Made by a program: the position numbers and the translations under genes
The notes under the pieces: generated by a model
What the model saw: the letters and a program-made list of their open reading frames with translations, nothing else
Databases searched by the model: none
What the model was told of the DNA's origin: nothing
Shown: piece by piece, positions 21,539-32,094 of the stretch
Numbering within the stretch: position 1 is the first letter of the stretch
Layout of the letters: every line of letters starts with the position of its first letter
Source: Nitrospirales bacterium
GTDB taxonomy: Bacteria; Nitrospirota; Nitrospiria; Nitrospirales; UBA8639
Length of the DNA stretch: 64,000 bases
Reading direction: 5' to 3'
Assembly (NCBI GenBank): GCA_965223295.1
Contig: CBDCWC010000003.1
Coordinates: 64,001-128,000 of the forward strand

Positions 21539-23290
21539 CTATCGATCACATTCACCCATGACAACATCATAAGTCCCAAAGATCGTGATGATATCAGAAA
21601 TCAGATAGCCTCGAGCCATATGGTCAAAAGCTCCCATATGCACAAACGATGGAGAACGAATTTTTAACCGATAAGGCCGAGAGCTGCCATCACCAATAAG
21701 GAAAAAGCCGAGTTCACCCTTAGGGACTTCCGTCCCGCAATAGGTTTCTGCCTTGGGAGCTTTGAACCCCTGAGTAAAAATAATGAAATGATGAATCAAG
21801 CTCTGCATATCTCGCATCACTTCAGGTTTTGGTGGCGGAATAACCTTGGCATCCTCAGCCAGAATTGGCCCCTCAGGCAACTGATCTAAACATTGTTCGA
21901 CAATTCGCGCACTCTGCCACATTTCCTCCATGCGCACCCAATACCGGTCATAGGTATCCCCGTCCTTACCCAACGGCACTTCCCATTCCACCCGATCATA
22001 GACCCCATAGGGCTCGAGCTTGCGAATATCATATGACACACCTGACCCTCGTAGCACTGGTCCGGTCAGCCCGAAGTTAATCGCATCCTCTCCTGAGATA
22101 ACCGCGACTCCTTTCGTCCGGGCCACCCAAATACGGTTTTTTTGGAGCAGCGTGTCATATTCACGGATATGGTCGGGAAAGGTTTTCAAGAATTCCCGTA
22201 GCGTCGCGATAATTTCTGGAGTGAGATCCGCATCGACACCCCCGATCCGGTAATAATTTAGCGTCAAACGCGCCCCGCAAAGTTTCTCAAAGAGATCCAA
22301 CAAGACTTCCCGTTCGCGGAATGTCCAAAAAAACACCGTCATCGCGCCAATGTCCAACGCTTGGGTCCCTAACCAAAATAAGTGACCCACAATTCGTTGC
22401 ACTTCAGCAATGATTGTTCGCACATATTCAGCCCGTTCAGGAACTTTCATGCCAATGAGTTTTTCCACAGCCCGCACATAAGCATAGTTATTCGTCATCG
22501 CGCAGACATAATCCAGGCGATCCGTATGCGGCAGCACTTGCATGTAGGTGAGCCCTTCGGCCAATTTTTCTACACCTCGATGCAAATACCCCAAATCCGG
22601 CACGGCCTTGGTTACCCGTTCACCATCTAACTCCAACACGACCCGTAACACCCCATGCGTACTGGGATGCTGCGGCCCCATATTCAAAAGCATTTCAGTC
22701 GTACGTTTGGAATCACCAGGCCGGTCATCCGCCATAAACTGATGCCGCTGATCATTAGGCACTTCCGCCTCAGACCATTCCCCAACGGGCTCGTCAAGCT
22801 TAGGCAAAAAATCAAACCGACTTCGCCACCCGCGGCCTTCAGCCGGAAAATCTTTTCGCAATGGATGCCCTTCGTCATAATCTTCCGGCATGAGAATACG
22901 CCGTAAATCCGGATGGCCCAGAAAACGAATGCCCATCAGGTCATAAACTTCGCGCTCTAAAAAATTGGCGCCGCGCCAAATATCGCTCACCGATGCTATT
23001 TCCGGCGACTCTTCAGTCACTCGAGACTTAATGCGGATCCGAGTCCCATGAGGCAATGAGAGAAATTGATAAATCACTTCAAACCGTTGCGCATCATCGG
23101 GATAATCGGCGGAACAAATATCAGTAATATGATCAAATGCCAAGGTCGGCTCATCATGGAGAAATGTGGCGACTTCCCGCCAATGCTGTGGAGTCACTTG
23201 TGCCCAGAGGTCACCACGGGTTGGGTCTTGTTCAGCCGAAAGCACGGCCTGGGGAAACTTGGCAACAATGGTTTCGAGGAAAGGGTGCAT
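21539..23290 (-). CDS. nuoCD: NADH-quinone oxidoreductase fused subunit C/D
   Basis: NuoC motifs EREVYDLMG and GHPLRKDFP followed by NuoD motifs NMGPQHPSTHGVLR, YLHRGVEK and C-terminal GECDR. Confidence 0.97.
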   Translation of the reverse strand: MHPFLETIVAKFPQAVLSAEQDPTRGDLWAQVTPQHWREVATFLHDEPTLAFDHITDICSADYPDDAQRFEVIYQFLSLPHGTRIRIKSRVTEESPEIASVSDIWRGANFLEREVYDLMGIRFLGHPDLRRILMPEDYDEGHPLRKDFPAEGRGWRSRFDFLPKLDEPVGEWSEAEVPNDQRHQFMADDRPGDSKRTTEMLLNMGPQHPSTHGVLRVVLELDGERVTKAVPDLGYLHRGVEKLAEGLTYMQVLPHTDRLDYVCAMTNNYAYVRAVEKLIGMKVPERAEYVRTIIAEVQRIVGHLFWLGTQALDIGAMTVFFWTFREREVLLDLFEKLCGARLTLNYYRIGGVDADLTPEIIATLREFLKTFPDHIREYDTLLQKNRIWVARTKGVAVISGEDAINFGLTGPVLRGSGVSYDIRKLEPYGVYDRVEWEVPLGKDGDTYDRYWVRMEEMWQSARIVEQCLDQLPEGPILAEDAKVIPPPKPEVMRDMQSLIHHFIIFTQGFKAPKAETYCGTEVPKGELGFFLIGDGSSRPYRLKIRSPSFVHMGAFDHMARGYLISDIITIFGTYDVVMGECDR

Positions 23291-23352
23291 TCACTCACAC
23301 TTTGTTGGGAATTAATGAAATTCAGGACAGGAACAACAACACGAGTGACAAC

Positions 23353-23832
23353 CTATTTGACAAAATACTTTTCTTGTTGAATTTTCTCCTGAAGCTTAAT
23401 CAGACCATCCAGTAGAGCTTCAGGCCGGGGAGGACAACCGGCAATATATACATCGACAGGCACAATTTGATCCACCCCTTGCACCACACTATAGCTATTG
23501 TAATGGTTGCCGGATGTTGCACAGGACCCCATGGAAATGACATACCGCGGTTCAGCCATTTGATCATAAATTCGACGAATCACGGGAGCCATTTTTCGGC
23601 AAACGGTGCCGGCGACGATCATCAGATCCGATTGCCGTGGCGAGGCTCGAAAGACTCCCGCCCCAAACCGGTCAATATCATAGCGAGACGACACGGATGC
23701 GATCATTTCAATGGCACAACAGGCCAGGCCAAAGGTCATAGGCCATACCGCCGACTTCCGACACCAATTAATGAAATAATCTAAATTGGTGGTAACAATA
23801 TTGGGTTCGAATTGTCGTTCAAGAATGCTCAT
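23353..23832 (-). CDS. nuoB: NADH-quinone oxidoreductase subunit B
   Basis: GLACCAIEM and GCPPRPEAL motifs. Confidence 0.98.
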   Translation of the reverse strand: MSILERQFEPNIVTTNLDYFINWCRKSAVWPMTFGLACCAIEMIASVSSRYDIDRFGAGVFRASPRQSDLMIVAGTVCRKMAPVIRRIYDQMAEPRYVISMGSCATSGNHYNSYSVVQGVDQIVPVDVYIAGCPPRPEALLDGLIKLQEKIQQEKYFVK

Positions 23833-23909
23833 AGATTATTGTCCAAGAGGACGGGCGGGATATTGTACTGCCTGACACCGGATATTTCTAGGCCTAAAGA
23901 CCTATTTCT

Positions 23910-24281
23910 TTAATCCCAATCCAATGCGCCTTTTTTCCAGGCATACCAAAAACCAACGATTAAGATAGCTAAAAATAGACCCATCTCAATTAACCCCAGT
24001 AATCCTAGCTTTTTAAAGACCACCGCCCAGGGGAAGAGAAACACGACTTCAATATCAAAAATCACAAACAGCATCGCAATAATGTAGTACCGCATGGGAA
24101 ATTGCACACGCGCATCCATAAAGAGCGGACTCCCGCTTTCATACGGCAACAGTTTTTCCCGGTAGGGCCGGCTTGGTCGCAGAAGCCAACCTGCTAATAT
24201 AGAACCAACCCCAAAGAGGGTGCCTATCACCATAAAGATGATGATAGGAAGATAATTAAAGGGAACCGGCTCATTACCCAT
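23910..24281 (-). CDS. nuoA: NADH-quinone oxidoreductase subunit A
   Basis: PYESG, FDIEVVFLFPWA and KKGALDW motifs. Confidence 0.97.
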   Translation of the reverse strand: MGNEPVPFNYLPIIIFMVIGTLFGVGSILAGWLLRPSRPYREKLLPYESGSPLFMDARVQFPMRYYIIAMLFVIFDIEVVFLFPWAVVFKKLGLLGLIEMGLFLAILIVGFWYAWKKGALDWD

Positions 24282-24365
24282 CTATTGACTCTCCATAAAA
24301 CTCATGATCCACACCGACAGATGCTTGAACTCATATCTCGTTCAATGATCTATTCAGTAAGAACT

Positions 24366-24486
24366 GGGAATGGTCAAAAAAGTCAGCCAGCAAGGCCGCA
24401 GCCAGGTTGACGCGCGGAGCGTACTCCCAGTACGTGAGCGCGGCAAAATGGCCAGAACGCCGCTGGTGGCTTTTTTCACCATTCCG
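24366..24486 (+). mobile_element. MITE family 1, copy C (inner core only)
   Basis: GGGAATGGTCAAAAAAG ... TTTTTTCACCATTCCG with internal GAGCGTACTCCCAGTACGTGAG hairpin. No target duplication seen. Confidence 0.7.
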
Positions 24487-24487
24487 C

Positions 24488-25684
24488 TTAGAGCACATCA
24501 TCAAAAAATGCACGATAGCGTAACCCTTGGAGCGGTCTTTCCTCAATCCCCTTCCGTTGTACTAAAATTTTGAAGGTCGTGCCCATCCCGTGAGGACGTA
24601 AGAGCTGGCTCAACGCTTGAACCTCCTTTGCTTCCTGCTTCAGATCCATCACCATCTCTTCAACACCTAAGCCCATCAGCCAATTCGCCAACGTCGTAAA
24701 ACCCAGAGGTTCAAGTCCGTGCTCTTTCCCCGACTGGGCCAACACTGAAAAATTTACGTGGGCCGTCATATCTTGCTCGCCCACACGACAAAAGGGATTC
24801 GTTGACACGGCATGGCGATGGTAACATAAGAGCGTGCCATTTTTTCGATGAGGTGCGTAATAATCGTCCCGAGTATGACCATAGTCGATGGTGATCACCA
24901 TACCCTGACGCAGAGCCTGCGCCACATGCCTCATCCATTGTTCGCTCTCGACATGGAGTTCAGAGGTTTGCCCCTCCGCTAACACCACACGATGACGCTG
25001 CATATAGTCATCCAATGTTGTGGAAGTGAGTGGACGGGCTCGTTCCACAAACGTTCCATCTTCAAAATCTACGAGCAGCTCTTGGATTTCCTGGTTGTCA
25101 CAGCGAAGACGGTGGACAGGAAGAGCATCCACCAGTTCATTCGAGAACATGACGCCAGTGACGGAGTCTTTGCTGAGTTGCCCAATAGAGGACTTCCACG
25201 AAACATGTGTCTCCACCCACACACGGCTCATCTCCTTTCCGATGTAAGCCTCTTGACGTGACCGAAGGTGAGGACTCTGTTCGACAATGCGGTAGCGCAG
25301 ACGATTGAACAAATCAGGTGCAATGTCCTGGCAGTGTTGGAGAAAGTCTGCGGCAAATGTGCCATTTCCTCCACCCATTTCAACAAAGGTAAAAGGATCG
25401 GGACGACCTAATTGTTCGTCAATCTCTAGGACTTGGCGCAGTAAAGTCTTGGCCAGAATAGGCGATAGTTCTGGCGCAGTATAAAAATCGCCGTCCCAAC
25501 CAATACGGTCTTTCGGCGACTCATCCTGAGCAAGATTCTTCGTCATGTAATATCCATATTCGTCATCGTACAGCGCCAGTTCCATAAAGCGGGCAAAGGT
25601 GAGGGGGCCATGTAACTCAATTTCCTCCACGATTTTCTGGATAAACTTTTGGGAGCCTGTAAAATGTGACGATTCAGATGGCAC
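24488..25684 (-). CDS. SAM-dependent methyltransferase, MidA/NDUFAF7 family
   Basis: FARFMELALYD..YGYY, GDFYTAPELS, EMGGGNG, SNELVDALP, IDYG and GEQDMTAHVNF motifs. Confidence 0.92.
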   Translation of the reverse strand: MPSESSHFTGSQKFIQKIVEEIELHGPLTFARFMELALYDDEYGYYMTKNLAQDESPKDRIGWDGDFYTAPELSPILAKTLLRQVLEIDEQLGRPDPFTFVEMGGGNGTFAADFLQHCQDIAPDLFNRLRYRIVEQSPHLRSRQEAYIGKEMSRVWVETHVSWKSSIGQLSKDSVTGVMFSNELVDALPVHRLRCDNQEIQELLVDFEDGTFVERARPLTSTTLDDYMQRHRVVLAEGQTSELHVESEQWMRHVAQALRQGMVITIDYGHTRDDYYAPHRKNGTLLCYHRHAVSTNPFCRVGEQDMTAHVNFSVLAQSGKEHGLEPLGFTTLANWLMGLGVEEMVMDLKQEAKEVQALSQLLRPHGMGTTFKILVQRKGIEERPLQGLRYRAFFDDVL

Positions 25685-26070
25685 GAATGGACTAGAGTCA
25701 CTCCTTCAATATGCCTATAGGAAGTCGGCTACGATACCCATCCGTAGCGATCGAAGTCAAGCAAAACTGGCAAACACGACCTAACATTATCTAATACTTT
25801 CAAGCATTTAGAAAAAGTTCCATAGGACTCAACATGGCGTTCGTGGGCTTTCTTCATTCCAGCAGCTTGAACAACCGGTCTTTGGGGAAGTAGCAACATT
25901 CATAGAATCTATTTCCATCACTGAATTGATTGACCTCTATTTTTTGAGAACAGAAACGTTCGAAGCCGTTGAATATGTCGGTCAGAGAAATAGACGCATT
26001 GCGGCCCTCCCTTTACTGAAGTCTGCAACGGGTCATGAAGGCAAAATGATGATAGCGCCATTTCTTTGAG

Positions 26071-26241
26071 GGGAGTGTTGAATAATGAAGATAGCAAAGG
26101 CCATATTTCGCAACGGAGCCCTTGGCGATCAACAGCGTCGGGTCGGTTCAAAATCCGCTCGTCCGCACGAAGCCGCTTTTAGCCTTCGTAGCCCATCGAG
26201 TTACTCAGGCGGAGTAGGCGGCGGCTTTTTTCAACAGACCT
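26071..26241 (+). mobile_element. MITE family 1, copy D
   Basis: GGGAG-TGTTGAA ... TTCAACA-GACCT with exact direct repeat TTGAG at 26066-26070 and 26242-26246. Confidence 0.85.
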
Positions 26242-26601
26242 TTGAGAAAAAGACCGAAATACTAGAAAACAGCCTGCCAGGGCAACGACTCTTTCGCTTT
26301 TGAATAATCATGATGAAAAGGACAAACAATTATGGAGAATTTCCTTAAGTTCCCGACAGTATTTCCGAAATATATCAATAAAAATGAGCAAGGCCCCTGA
26401 TAGCTCCTAGGGGAAAAACTTTCATAAGAAAAAAAGATAACACACCTTAAAACGCGACGAGATTATTACTGAAATATAAATAGCACCTAACGAGATGGAA
26501 TGCGTAGGCATGTCCATTCAGTTGTTGGCGCAATCACAGATCCTAGAAATCTTGATTGCGTTTTTTTTTGCCTTGGGCTTCATGAGGAGAAAAAGAGTCA
26601 C

Positions 26602-26925
26602 ATGGAAATTACCAAAAAACTGGCTAGACCTGGAGAAATCGTCCTTGCCCTTTCAGGAAGACTGGATTTTACCGTTCGAAAAACATTTCAAAGCACGATC
26701 AAAGAAGCCCAAACCGAAGAAACGCAACAGATCGTTCTGGACCTCACCAAAGTGTCATTTGTTGATTGCTCTGCCCTGGGGATTTTTATTCGAACCTATC
26801 AAACTCTAGCCCAGCAGCAGATCGCGTTCTCTATCATAGCCTCTCCGGGCCGAGTCTTGGATACCTTGCAAACCACTCACCTGGACAAAATGATCCCCGT
26901 CAACTCCATACAACATACGGCCTAG
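26602..26925 (+). CDS. STAS-domain anti-sigma factor antagonist
   Basis: LSGRLD and VLDLTKVSFVDCSALG motifs; ATG 26602 follows GAGGAG. Confidence 0.88.
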   Translation: MEITKKLARPGEIVLALSGRLDFTVRKTFQSTIKEAQTEETQQIVLDLTKVSFVDCSALGIFIRTYQTLAQQQIAFSIIASPGRVLDTLQTTHLDKMIPVNSIQHTA

Positions 26926-26990
26926 CCAGAACACATCATCAGGTATCAAAAGATAGAACACAAAACATTATGGTTCCTGACACCTTATTT

Positions 26991-27023
26991 GGGAGGCTCC
27001 CCGCAATACATCGGGAGCCTCCC
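26991..27023. terminator. GC-rich hairpin between convergent genes, probable terminator
   Basis: GGGAGGCTCCC ... GGGAGCCTCCC 11-bp stem. No long U-tract on either strand. Confidence 0.55.
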
Positions 27024-27045
27024 TTACACACAAATTCTTGAATTA

Positions 27046-27858
27046 TCAGGGATTGGGACCGATCGGATAGTTCGTTGGAAGGTCAGGAATAATAGCATCT
27101 TCCCCAAACCCACAAACTGGATGCCCGAAACCTCCGGCGCTCACCGTATGTCCAGTGGTTAGATCAACAGTAGTGTCTAAAATCATATTATCATCATTGG
27201 TAGGAGAGACCCCGACCGGCACATGATCCAAACCAAGAGCATCGCGCACTTTCCATGCTACAATGTGGTCCGTACAAGACGTGTCTCCGCTCACTCCGAG
27301 CCCTCCTAACGCAGCCCCATTGCTACCATACAGAGTCAGCCCACCGCCGAACACGTTGACACCACCTATCTTCCTCCCCCTCATAGGATCATTCCGTTTT
27401 CCATAATTTTGGGAAGGCCCTTTGTAAGCGACTTGTGTGTCAACAGGGTTGCTGAGTTGCAAACCGAATAGCGAGCCGCCTGGTTGTACCGCTGAATAGA
27501 GATTAGCGGTTGACAATGAAAGTCCAGGTAAAACTCCTATACTTCCGGCAGGAAGGCTAAAGGCATTGGCAGTGTTCGCTTTTTGAGCAGAAATCACACG
27601 ACTTCCAGGCCATTGATCTCCACGATCTGCACCGGACTTCGCAATCTGACAGACAATCCCATCCCGATCCACAATGGCACCCCACATGTCATTGGCAAGC
27701 CCGCCGTTGCCTCCGGCAGCTACAACAGATTGAAGAGCTGCAGTGAGTGCGGCATGAGACGGGAGATCCTCACAGTCCCTGCTATGAGCTTCAGCAACAT
27801 TACCTGCCAACACGCCTGTCATGACGAAAATCGCAACTAACAGATTCGTTGCCTTCAT
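27046..27858 (-). CDS. Secreted GlcG/HbpS-family heme-binding protein
   Basis: Signal peptide; AIVDRDG, ISAQKANTANAF, VFGGGL and GGLGVSGDTSCTDH motifs. Confidence 0.85.
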   Translation of the reverse strand: MKATNLLVAIFVMTGVLAGNVAEAHSRDCEDLPSHAALTAALQSVVAAGGNGGLANDMWGAIVDRDGIVCQIAKSGADRGDQWPGSRVISAQKANTANAFSLPAGSIGVLPGLSLSTANLYSAVQPGGSLFGLQLSNPVDTQVAYKGPSQNYGKRNDPMRGRKIGGVNVFGGGLTLYGSNGAALGGLGVSGDTSCTDHIVAWKVRDALGLDHVPVGVSPTNDDNMILDTTVDLTTGHTVSAGGFGHPVCGFGEDAIIPDLPTNYPIGPNP

Positions 27859-28072
27859 GACTACCTCCTTGTTAAATGAAATGAGAAAGAGAAACCTTGC
27901 GACCGACCACTAACTGATATGGGAACAGCAATTCCTTAAGAGCACGCAATGCTACCAACCCAATGGTTGAAGCTTCTCAAAAATCTTGCGCGATCATTTT
28001 GAGAAATCCGTTCCCCTGCCACAGCTAGAAATGGATAAGGAAAGAAAAGAATGACATTTCAGTAAATGGCCG

Positions 28073-30787
28073 TCACATTCCATGGCACTTTTTGAATTTC
28101 TTGCCGCTGCCACAGGGGCAGGGGTCGTTGCGACCGACTTTTTCTTCTGTACGGTGAACGGGTTGCTTTGGAGCAGTGGCGGATTCTCCCCGGTTGAGGC
28201 TCATTTGGGGAGGACGCGGGGCCTCCACTTCGGCTTCTGGCCGTTCACCACGCACTAGTTGGAACTTGAACAGGCGTTCGAGCGTATCGCCTTTGATGCG
28301 CTCCATCATGCCAGCAAACATGTCGTAGCCTTCACGTTTATATTCAGCCAACGGATCTTTTTGACCATATCCACGAAGACCAATACCATCCTTGAGTTGA
28401 TCCATCCCCCATAAATGATCTTTCCATTGCTGATCAATCATTTGTAATAATATCGTCCGCTCGATATAGTGAATCAATTCCTCCGTTGCCCCATGTTCCT
28501 CTATTAAATTTTTGACTTTATCGCGATAGGCTTGCTTGAGCTTCTCTGGAATATCTTCTAGAAGCGCATCTCGTCCCAATTCTTTCAGTTCATCAACTTT
28601 GAACGACTCTATGCCATATTGCCCATGCACCGATTCGACCAATCCCGCAAAATCCCATTCTTCTGAATACTGCTCTTCCGGACAGTAGGTCACCACTAGC
28701 CCCTCGCCAATCTCATCAAGCATATCAAGGACTTCTTCACGGACATCGGTGGCTCGCAGAACATTTTGACGATGCTTGTAGATCACTTCGCGCTGTTTGT
28801 TCATCACATCATCATATTCCAGAAGATGTTTGCGAATTTCAAAATTATGACCTTCAACTTTCTTTTGCGCATTTTCTATGGATTTCGTCACCATACGATG
28901 TTCGATCGGGACTCCCTCCTCCATCCCCAATTTCAGCATGAGATTGGAGACACGCTCAGAGGCAAAAATACGCAAAAGATCATCTTCCAATGATAGGAAA
29001 AAACGAGAAGACCCAGGATCACCTTGTCGACCAGCCCGACCTCGCAATTGGTTATCGATTCGACGACTTTCATGGCGCTCTGTTCCAACAATATGCAGTC
29101 CACCCGCCGCCAAGACCTCTTCCTTATTAGCTTCGCAGAACGTCTTGAGCATCTCGAATTCTTTGGCTTTCTGCTCTTCACTCAGGTCCTCACCTTTATA
29201 GATAAATTGCTGCTTGAAGAGTGCCTCAAAATTTCCACCTAATAGAATATCAGTTCCACGGCCAGCCATATTGGTGGCAATCGTCACGGCACCTTTTTGG
29301 CCCGCTTGCGCGACAATTTCTGCCTCCTTCTCATGAAATTTGGCATTCAAGACATTGTGTTTCACACCTCGTTGTTTCAGAAGGGTCGCAAGCCGTTCTG
29401 ATTTTTCAATAGACACAGTACCAATTAAGACAGGTTGGCCTTTTTCATGATGCTCTTTGATATCATCGGCAATCGCCTCGAACTTTTCTTTTTCCGTCCG
29501 GTAAACCACATCAGGATGATCAAGACGAATCATTGCCCGGTTAGTGGGAATCACATTCACTTCTAAGTTGTAGATCTTGGCAAACTCGGCCGCTTCAGTA
29601 TCCGCTGTGCCGGTCATGCCTCCAAGCTTATTGTACATCCGGAAATAATTTTGAAAAGTGACCGAGGCCAATGTTTGATTTTCATTGGCAATTTTTACGC
29701 CCTCTTTGGCTTCCACGGCTTGATGCAGCCCATCACTCCATCGTCGACCAGGCATCATTCTTCCGGTGAATTCATCAACAATCACCACTTCTCCATCTTT
29801 CACCACATATTCTACATCTCGTTTATACAACGCATGCGCTTGTAAGGCTTTCACCACATGATGAACCAGACTTAAATGCTTCAAATCATAGAGGTTGTCT
29901 ACACCAAGAAGCTTTTCAACTTTGGCATTTCCTTCATCGGTGAGGGAAACGGTCTTGGTTTTTTCTTCAATCGTAAAATCTTCTTCTCGCTTCAATTTCG
30001 GAATAATATGATCGATTTGATAATACAAATCGGTGCTCTGTTCGGTAGGACCAGAAATGATGAGTGGGGTCCGCGCTTCATCGATGAGAATACTGTCGAC
30101 TTCATCCACAATGGCGTAATTAAGTTCACGCTGAACGCCTTGCTCCGCGTCAGTCACCACTAAATTATCCCGCAGATAATCAAAACCAAACTCATTATTT
30201 GTGCCATACGTAATATCCGCAGCATAGGCTTCTTGCCTGGAACAGGGTCGGAGAAACTGCAGACGCTTATCTGGGGCATCGTACGTAGGATCAAAGAGAA
30301 AGGAGACTTCATGCTGAATGATGCCGACGGACAGTCCTAAACTATGATAGAGAGGGCCCATCCATTGCGCATCACGCTTGGCTAGATAGTCATTGACCGT
30401 GACCAGATGAACCCCTCGACCATCCAACGCATTTAGGTAAATGGGCAGAGTAGCCACCAGGGTTTTCCCTTCACCCGTCCGCATCTCAGCAATTCGCCCC
30501 TGGTGCAAAACCATGCCACCCAGTAATTGCACATCAAAATGGCGCATTCCCAATTTTCGTTTCGACATTTCCCGACAGACGGCAAAGGCTTCTGGCAGAA
30601 TATCATCCAAGGTCTCACCCGCTTCCAAGCGTTTTATGAAAGCCTCCGTCTTCTCTGCCAAGGCATGGTCTTCCAAGGACCGCAAGGAAGCTTCAAACTC
30701 ATTGGCCTTCTCCACTTGCGGTTTAAGCCGCTTCAGCTCTCGCTCATTGTTACTGCCAAACAAGCTGTTCAAAAGACGTACTAACAT
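28073..30787 (-). CDS. secA: Preprotein translocase subunit SecA
   Basis: [36 protein letters not shown] motifs and SEC-C tail [13 protein letters not shown]. Confidence 0.99.
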   Translation of the reverse strand: MLVRLLNSLFGSNNERELKRLKPQVEKANEFEASLRSLEDHALAEKTEAFIKRLEAGETLDDILPEAFAVCREMSKRKLGMRHFDVQLLGGMVLHQGRIAEMRTGEGKTLVATLPIYLNALDGRGVHLVTVNDYLAKRDAQWMGPLYHSLGLSVGIIQHEVSFLFDPTYDAPDKRLQFLRPCSRQEAYAADITYGTNNEFGFDYLRDNLVVTDAEQGVQRELNYAIVDEVDSILIDEARTPLIISGPTEQSTDLYYQIDHIIPKLKREEDFTIEEKTKTVSLTDEGNAKVEKLLGVDNLYDLKHLSLVHHVVKALQAHALYKRDVEYVVKDGEVVIVDEFTGRMMPGRRWSDGLHQAVEAKEGVKIANENQTLASVTFQNYFRMYNKLGGMTGTADTEAAEFAKIYNLEVNVIPTNRAMIRLDHPDVVYRTEKEKFEAIADDIKEHHEKGQPVLIGTVSIEKSERLATLLKQRGVKHNVLNAKFHEKEAEIVAQAGQKGAVTIATNMAGRGTDILLGGNFEALFKQQFIYKGEDLSEEQKAKEFEMLKTFCEANKEEVLAAGGLHIVGTERHESRRIDNQLRGRAGRQGDPGSSRFFLSLEDDLLRIFASERVSNLMLKLGMEEGVPIEHRMVTKSIENAQKKVEGHNFEIRKHLLEYDDVMNKQREVIYKHRQNVLRATDVREEVLDMLDEIGEGLVVTYCPEEQYSEEWDFAGLVESVHGQYGIESFKVDELKELGRDALLEDIPEKLKQAYRDKVKNLIEEHGATEELIHYIERTILLQMIDQQWKDHLWGMDQLKDGIGLRGYGQKDPLAEYKREGYDMFAGMMERIKGDTLERLFKFQLVRGERPEAEVEAPRPPQMSLNRGESATAPKQPVHRTEEKVGRNDPCPCGSGKKFKKCHGM

Positions 30788-30841
30788 AAGACAATGCTAC
30801 CTTGAAAAAAATAGATGTAGAAACGACGCAATTAAAGAGAT

Positions 30842-31052
30842 AGGATTGCTGAATAACTACCTTCTCCATGGGCAAACAAGCCCACAGTACCCTTGAACAT
30901 GAAAAGCTTCGGGTCGGTTCAAAAAAGTCCGCTCGCCTGCGCGAAGCCAGGTCCAGCAAGACGACAACCAAACTCAGGCGCAGAGCGTACCGTTCGTACG
31001 TGAGCACCGGAACTTGGTGAGTACGCCGCTGGCGGCTTTTTTCAACAGACCC
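30842..31052 (+). mobile_element. MITE family 1, copy E, upstream of secA
   Basis: Inner core GGGTCGGTTCAAAAAAG ... TTCAACAGACCC at 30911-31052; degenerate outer end AGGAT-TGCTGAATAA at 30842. Target duplication unclear. Confidence 0.7.
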
Positions 31053-31098
31053 GGTAGGGATTGTTGGCTGGAAAGCTTTCTGCTCTCTTGAATGTTCT

Positions 31099-31126
31099 AG
31101 TATACCGAAATATCAATGGGAATCAA
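31099..31126 (-). promoter_or_regulatory. Candidate sigma70 promoter for secA
   Basis: Minus strand TTGATT-N16-TATACT. Confidence 0.45.
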
Positions 31127-31434
31127 CTCAGACTGGACCCTAACATGAGGAAATGATGGCAATACACCCGCAACACCATGACCTCAAGCTTACGATACCC
31201 GCCTTAATAGGATCACGAAGAGTTCCATGGATTTCTCACTAGATTTTCATCTTGATAATGAATCCTCGCACTTCAGTCAACGAAGAACTTGCTTCTCTCG
31301 AGATTGTATTCTGATGAGTCATTTTCACCATCTCGGCCTTGTATAACCTATTGACCCGAATGGTATTCTATGAGTTGTTGAAGGAAGACCTGCACTCCAG
31401 ATCTAATTAATATTAGTATCATGTTTAAACACTT

Positions 31435-32061
31435 ATGCCTATTGATAATTGCTTCATGATGTCGCCCAGGAACATCGATCGATATCAATGCAAATTTTTT
31501 TCTCCGGCATTCATGTTTATGAGCGTCTGTCTACTTCCCATACTGGCCATAGCCCAAGACATGCCCCCCCAGGAAGAAGACGAAATCGAAATGCTTGAGG
31601 TCATCGAGATTACGGGAACCGTTGTGGAGGATACTCCTCGAAACATGATCTTCCCCACTCCACAAATCCCAGCCCAGCTTCATATCATGGTGACGGATCA
31701 ACTGGCACTTCCCAAATTTGAATTGATCAAGCCATTTGAAAAACCATCGACGATCTTGTTGGATGAAACTGCCAAGAACCGCAATATCCATACGCCTGTT
31801 AAGCCATTAAAAACTGATCATCCTCCTTTTCCCAGACGCGCACGAGAACAGGGCTGGCATGGACGAGTGATCTTACGCTTGGCTATTTCGTCTCAAGGCC
31901 AAGTACAATCAGCCAATATTCACCAAAGTTCTGGACACCCGCTCTTGGATGACAGTGCCGTCAAGGCTGCCACCCAATGGCAGTTTCAACCTGCGAAAAA
32001 CGGCGCCTTTCCTGTGGCTTCTATTGTCAATATTCCCATTCAATTTGATTTAGTGAAGTAA
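31435..32061 (+). CDS. TonB C-terminal domain protein with probable cleavable signal peptide (start uncertain)
   Basis: PPFPRRAREQGWHGRV...SSGHPLLD..A..W.F.PA TonB_C motif; LLPILAIA-QD resembles a signal peptidase site. Confidence 0.85.
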   Translation: MPIDNCFMMSPRNIDRYQCKFFSPAFMFMSVCLLPILAIAQDMPPQEEDEIEMLEVIEITGTVVEDTPRNMIFPTPQIPAQLHIMVTDQLALPKFELIKPFEKPSTILLDETAKNRNIHTPVKPLKTDHPPFPRRAREQGWHGRVILRLAISSQGQVQSANIHQSSGHPLLDDSAVKAATQWQFQPAKNGAFPVASIVNIPIQFDLVK

Positions 32062-32094
32062 TTGGCCTACAAGAGACCTAAAAGGACTGAATAT

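Noticed and set aside
31250-31460. Fur boxes at TGATAAT (31253, 31443)
   Set aside because: Only half-sites match the 7-1-7 consensus.
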